Source: an uncultured delta proteobacterium
GTDB taxonomy: Bacteria; Myxococcota_A; UBA9160; UBA6930
Direction of reading: 5' to 3'
NCBI GenBank assembly: GCA_963766175.1
Contig: CAVXZE010000021.1
Coordinates: 64,363-128,362, forward strand
Length of the DNA stretch: 64,000 nucleotides
A model generated the notes under the pieces. That model did not search any database and was not told where the DNA came from. It worked only from the letters and a program-made list of their open reading frames with translations. The translations under genes and the position numbers were made by a program. Position 1 is the stretch's first letter. Every line of letters starts with the position of its first letter. This document shows, one piece after another, positions 60,326 through 64,000 of this stretch.

Positions 60326-61546
60326 GTGCTGAAGCTCGCCCTGGGTGTTGCACTTCTCCTGATCATCGCCCTGATCGGCTACCGCAGAACTTTCATCCGC
60401 CTGCAGCTCCCCAGAGGAGCCCGGCTCATCTTTCTCACCGGTACCGAGTTCATTCTGGTCGGCGTGGCGCTGGGCGACCAGCTGATCGGACTCCTCGACG
60501 AGCAGACCATCCGCAGCTTGACGCCGCTGTTCAGTCTGGGACTGGGCGTGATCGGGTTGATCTTCGGGATTCAGCTGGAGCTGGACAAGATCCTCCGTTT
60601 CCCCTCTCGCTACATCCTGATGACCTTCATCCAGGCGTTCTGCACCATGCTGGTCGTGTTCTGGCCCTTCTACTTCATCCTGGAGGGTCTCTTCGGCGGC
60701 GACCGGCAGTCCATCCTTCTGGCTTCTCTGGTGCTGGCCGCCACGGCTGCCTGCACCGCCCAGACCGCTCTGGCCCTGATCCACCGCGAATTCGGCCTCC
60801 GCGGGGCACGGGTGATGGAGCTGCTCCGCTACATGTCGAGTGTCGACGCGGTGGTGGGACTTCTCACCCTCCAGATCGCACTGTGCCTGATGCAGACCCA
60901 GCCCGTGCTGGGATTCGATCTGGGCCCCGGCCTCCAGTGGTTTGCCCTCTCGCTGGTGATCGGCGGGACCACGGGTTTCCTGCTCCACCTCTTGACACGG
61001 ATCCGCTGCAGCGACGAGGAGCTCCTCATCTTCGTCCTGGGCATGGCGGTGTTCTCCGGAGGCATCGCCCTCTCCTTCAAGCTCTCTCCTCTGTTCGTCA
61101 ATACGCTGATGGGACTGGTCGTAGCCAACCTGCCCGGCTCCCGGAATCGGATCTTCAATCTCCTGGCACGACTGGAGAAGCCCTTCTACGTCGTCTTCCT
61201 GATTCTGGCCGGAGCGATCTGGCGTCCCGCACCACCGTGGGGACTGCCACTTGCCATCCTGTACCTGGGCCTCCGTCTGGTCGGGAAGGTCTCCGGGGGA
61301 TGCCTGGCCGCAAGGATCGCACCGGAGTCCACCCGTCCTCCTCTCACCGTGGGGTTGGGACTGATCTCCCAGGGCGGAATCGCCATCGCCATGGTGATGA
61401 ACTACTACCAGCTGAGCTCGGCAGCGGTGACCGACGCGGTCGTCACTACGGTGTTGATCGCCGTGATCCTGAACGAGTTGGCGAGCCCCTTCCTGGCGAG
61501 AGCCGTTCTCCGCAGAGCGGGAGAGATCGAACGATGGCCCGCATAG
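60326..61546 (+). CDS. Cation:proton antiporter (CPA2/Kef-like membrane domain), no RCK domain
   Basis: 406 aa and polytopic, with Na_H_Exchanger-like helices (GTEFILVGVALG, GLISQGGIAIAMV). Confidence 0.8.
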   Translation: MLKLALGVALLLIIALIGYRRTFIRLQLPRGARLIFLTGTEFILVGVALGDQLIGLLDEQTIRSLTPLFSLGLGVIGLIFGIQLELDKILRFPSRYILMTFIQAFCTMLVVFWPFYFILEGLFGGDRQSILLASLVLAATAACTAQTALALIHREFGLRGARVMELLRYMSSVDAVVGLLTLQIALCLMQTQPVLGFDLGPGLQWFALSLVIGGTTGFLLHLLTRIRCSDEELLIFVLGMAVFSGGIALSFKLSPLFVNTLMGLVVANLPGSRNRIFNLLARLEKPFYVVFLILAGAIWRPAPPWGLPLAILYLGLRLVGKVSGGCLAARIAPESTRPPLTVGLGLISQGGIAIAMVMNYYQLSSAAVTDAVVTTVLIAVILNELASPFLARAVLRRAGEIERWPA

Positions 61547-62874
61547 CCGCGCTGGCCATCATCATCGCCCTGATGGGGCTCGCCCTCTTCGCGTTCGGTG
61601 ACGCCGTGATCTTCGCGGATGCCCGGTCGACCATGACCTTCGGATTTCTGCTGCTGACCGCCTACCTGATCGGCGACGTCCTCTCGCGGTTCAAGCTCCC
61701 CAAGATCACCGGGTACATCCTGGCCGGAATCCTCTTCGGACCTCACCTGCTGGATCTCGTCAGCGCCGGGACGGTCCAGGAGCTCAAGCTCATCGATGAC
61801 CTGGCACTCACCTTCATCGCATTCGCCGCCGGTGGTGAATTGCGACTCGCGGGGCTCCGAGAGCGGCGAAAGAGCATCACTCTGAACGTCTTCTTCCAGA
61901 CGGTGATGGTATTTCTCGGGGTGGCTACCTTCGCCATGGCGGCGCGGTCGCTGCTCCCGTTTCTCGAAGGCAAGCCAGCAGCTCACAGCCTGGCAGTCGC
62001 CCTTCTGCTCGGCACCTTCGCCGTGGCGCGCTCGCCATCTTCGGCGATCGCCATCATCAGCGAGTGCAAGGCCCGGGGTCCGTTCACTGAGATGGTTCTC
62101 GGGGTCACCGTGGTGATCGACGCGCTGGTCATCATCTTGTTTGCGGCGATGGTGTCGATCGGGCAGGTCCTCATCACTCCGGGTGTCGAGATCGATTTTC
62201 GTTTCATCAGCATGATATTCATCGCACTCGGGGGATCGATTCTGGGTGGAATCGGTCTCGGCTGGATCATCCTTCTCTACATGAAATACGTGAGGGCCGA
62301 GGTGCTGGTCTTCATCCTGGCCCTGGCCTTCATGGTCACACTGTTCTCGCGACAGTTCGCGATGCTGCTCGACGATGCCTTCAACGTTGCGCTTCACCTG
62401 GAACCGATGCTCATCTGCGTCACCGCGGGCTTCTGGGTCCGGAACTTCTCCCCGGACGGCGGCCTGTTCATGGCGACCATCGACCGGAGCTCTCTCCCCA
62501 TCTACGTCATCTTCTTCTCTCTCACCGGCGCGGCACTGAAGGTCGACGCTCTGAGCCAGACCTGGCTGATCGCCCTCCTGCTGGTCGCCGTCCGGTGCCT
62601 GCTGGTCTGGCTGGGGGCCTATCTGGGCGGCTCGTTGTCCGGCGATCCGCCGCGCCTGCGCCGGATGAGCGGACTCAGCTTCATCGCTCAGGCGGGCGTC
62701 AGTCTGGGTCTGGCGGGCATCGTCACGCGCAGCTTCCCCGAATGGGGAGCGGCACTTTCCACCACGATCGTCGCAATCGTCGCACTCAATCAGATCATCG
62801 GCCCGATCGCCTTCAAGTTCGCCCTCGGTGCGGTGGGCGAAGCCCGTGCTAGCCCGGACCGACGAAACCGCTGA
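61534..62874 (+). CDS. Cation:proton antiporter (CPA2 family), no RCK domain
   Basis: ATG 61534 overlaps the preceding gene by 13 nt. The protein is 446 aa. Family-like segments are KLPKITGYILAGILFGPHLL, IAFAAGGEL and FIAQAGVSLGLAG. Confidence 0.85.
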   Translation: MARIAALAIIIALMGLALFAFGDAVIFADARSTMTFGFLLLTAYLIGDVLSRFKLPKITGYILAGILFGPHLLDLVSAGTVQELKLIDDLALTFIAFAAGGELRLAGLRERRKSITLNVFFQTVMVFLGVATFAMAARSLLPFLEGKPAAHSLAVALLLGTFAVARSPSSAIAIISECKARGPFTEMVLGVTVVIDALVIILFAAMVSIGQVLITPGVEIDFRFISMIFIALGGSILGGIGLGWIILLYMKYVRAEVLVFILALAFMVTLFSRQFAMLLDDAFNVALHLEPMLICVTAGFWVRNFSPDGGLFMATIDRSSLPIYVIFFSLTGAALKVDALSQTWLIALLLVAVRCLLVWLGAYLGGSLSGDPPRLRRMSGLSFIAQAGVSLGLAGIVTRSFPEWGAALSTTIVAIVALNQIIGPIAFKFALGAVGEARASPDRRNR

Positions 62875-63190
62875 CGGGGAGAGTGAAGACGATCCCGGTC
62901 CCCTTGGCAGAGAAGTCTTCGCAGACATCCCGGAGCATGCCGATCGCCTCCTCGACCTGCTCCGCCGCCACCACCGAGAGGATCAGGTAGCTCTCCTCAC
63001 CGCCGCCCGGAAAGAGCGAGCGAAAGCCCGAGAAGACCGGAAGCTCGGTGCTCACGATCTGCCCCATCCCCTTGGCGTCGACGATCGTCGCACCCGGCAG
63101 ACCGAGCTCCAGGAAGCCCTCCATCACGCGTTCCACGCGTCGGTAGCCCTTGACGACCGCGACCACGAGCTGCCGACTGCTAGTAGACAT
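62849..63190 (-). CDS. P-II-like small signalling protein
   Basis: 113 aa with a beta-alpha-beta-beta-alpha-beta-like pattern: LVVAVVKGYRRVERVMEGFLELGLPGATIVDAKGMGQ ...LILSVVAAEQVEEAIGMLRDV...GIVFTLPV. Its start overlaps the EIIA gene end by 11 nt, and its 3' end overlaps the antiporter 3' end by 26 nt. Confidence 0.55.
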   Translation of the reverse strand: MSTSSRQLVVAVVKGYRRVERVMEGFLELGLPGATIVDAKGMGQIVSTELPVFSGFRSLFPGGGEESYLILSVVAAEQVEEAIGMLRDVCEDFSAKGTGIVFTLPVSGFVGPG

Positions 63191-63656
63191 GACGGGCGTC
63201 TTGCTCGAGCAGCATCCGAAACAGCTCCTCCGGCCCCGCCGCGCTCCGCAGCTCCGCCAGCGTCTCCTCGGGAGAGACGATCCGCGCCAGGCGGGCCAGC
63301 AGGCGGAGATGCTCGCTCCTGGCGTCCTCCGGACTGAGCAGCAGAAAGAGCAGGTCGACCGGTTCGGAGTCCAGGGCGGCGAAATCCAGGCCGTCGCAGC
63401 ACCGCCCCACCGCCAGAGCGGTCTTCTCGAGACCGCGCACGATGGCGTGGGGCAGAGCGAGTCCGTCCCCGATCCCGGTGGATTGCTGCGCCTCCCTCTC
63501 CAGAAGGCGATCCAGTAGCTCCTGCTCGTCGAGCGCGGGCAGCACCGCGACCACCCGCGCGACGAGGTCCTTCATGAAGGAAGTCTTGTCCAGAGAGGGC
63601 AGATCCCATAGAACGAGGTTCTCTTGCAGGTAGTCCCCGAGACGCAGTATCGGCAC
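63180..63656 (-). CDS. PTS EIIA type-2 (PtsN / EIIA-Ntr-like) domain protein
   Basis: 158 aa from GTG 63656, with GGAGG ~10 nt upstream. The phospho-His loop is STGIGDGLALPHAIV, followed by LLFLLLSPE...HLRLLARLARI. Confidence 0.8.
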   Translation of the reverse strand: MPILRLGDYLQENLVLWDLPSLDKTSFMKDLVARVVAVLPALDEQELLDRLLEREAQQSTGIGDGLALPHAIVRGLEKTALAVGRCCDGLDFAALDSEPVDLLFLLLSPEDARSEHLRLLARLARIVSPEETLAELRSAAGPEELFRMLLEQDARHVY

Positions 63657-63780
63657 CTTCTTCAGACCTCCGCTCGCTGTGGGCAGGCCGCTGCCGCCCG
63701 GGCCAGGAAGATTGTAGACCGAGGAGACAGCGAAGGTCAGTCCAGGCCTTGCCTTTGGCAGACCGCCGGTCAGGGGGGGG

Positions 63781-64000
63781 TCAGTGCGACTGGTCGAAGG
63801 TCCACTCGCTGAAGAGCTTGGTCCGGAAGGCGCGGAGCTCATCGGAGCGAGCTGCCCCGCTGTTCGCCTCGATCTCGATGAATTTCTCGGTGAGAGCCAC
63901 CAGGCGTACCGCGATCATCCGAGAGATCGCGAACATCATCTTGAGGACCGCGGTGTCCCCGTCCTCGACCCGAGCCACCACCCCCTCTTGCGGGATGGCG
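63781..64000 (-). CDS. Hypothetical protein, C-terminal part only (runs off right edge)
   Basis: The open frame reaches the window edge and ends ...VARVEDGDTAVLKMMFAISRMIAVRLVALTEKFIEIEAN...FSEWTFDQSH-stop. It may be the tail of a cNMP-binding-type regulator, but that is a guess. Confidence 0.4.
   Translation of the reverse strand, partial: AIPQEGVVARVEDGDTAVLKMMFAISRMIAVRLVALTEKFIEIEANSGAARSDELRAFRTKLFSEWTFDQSH

Noticed and set aside
17419-63782. A recurrent GGGGGGGGTC motif at 17419, 17774 and 63773, all intergenic.
   Set aside because: G8 runs are not improbable at this base composition. Three copies with no shared flanks are insufficient evidence for a repeat family.
1-64000. A scan of the whole window for CRISPR arrays, tRNA/rRNA genes, IS elements, integrases, prophage genes and toxin-antitoxin pairs.
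   Set aside because: I saw none: no regular short direct repeats, no tRNA-like T-loop/acceptor patterns, and no transposase or integrase-like ORFs. tRNAscan-SE/Infernal would be needed to be certain about small RNAs.

Overview
This is a 64-kb, high-GC (by eye about two-thirds G+C, not computed) bacterial chromosomal segment, densely coding on both strands. I support about 55 protein-coding loci. I recognised no rRNA, tRNA, CRISPR array, transposase or integrase. Many long ORFs in the supplied track are GC-driven antisense shadows and were discarded.

Content from left to right:
- B12-radical-SAM plus PlsC-type acyltransferase.
- A methanethiol-oxidase (MtoX/SBP56) operon with a SCO1/SenC-MauG fusion gene, and a D-aminoacylase.
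- An RRM RNA-binding protein and an orphan TIR-like (DUF1863/ThsB-like) gene.
- A corrinoid protein + URO-D/MtaA-type methyltransferase + kinase operon, and an orphan HATPase protein followed by a 730-bp non-coding gap.
- A decayed islet (19.4-21.5 kb) with gene remnants and small secreted proteins.
- Amino-sugar genes (ROK kinase, PIG-L deacetylase, NagB-like, MFS).
- Cytochrome c plus a Tat-exported flavin amine oxidase.
- A 1,096-aa outer-membrane barrel, a membrane-anchored AKR/Fe-S protein, three more URO-D paralogues, a serine hydrolase and a thiolase.
- Three ADP-forming acyl-CoA synthetase alpha paralogues with one beta.
- A GH32 hydrolase followed by a ~2.9-kb tandem duplication carrying two NarG/EbdA-type molybdoenzyme catalytic subunits.
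- Tandem CPA2 antiporters facing an EIIA(Ntr)-like + P-II-like pair.

Best candidates for something new:
1. The leaderless, partner-less, tandemly duplicated type-II DMSO-reductase-family alpha subunits, with a mosaic identity pattern and a 26-nt hypervariable patch.
2. The URO-D expansion, in which only the corrinoid-linked copy keeps the MtaA zinc motif.
3. The EIIA(Ntr)/P-II-like pair next to RCK-less antiporters.
4. A cytochrome c / Tat flavin amine oxidase pair resembling CycN/NicA2.
5. An AKR/Fe-S protein with a Tat motif buried behind two TM helices.

At least four genes are interrupted by single-base frameshifts, and two of these cut off C-terminal sorting tails. This needs read-level verification. 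The taxonomic guess (Myxococcota/Binatota-like deltaproteobacterial lineage) is inference from gene content only.
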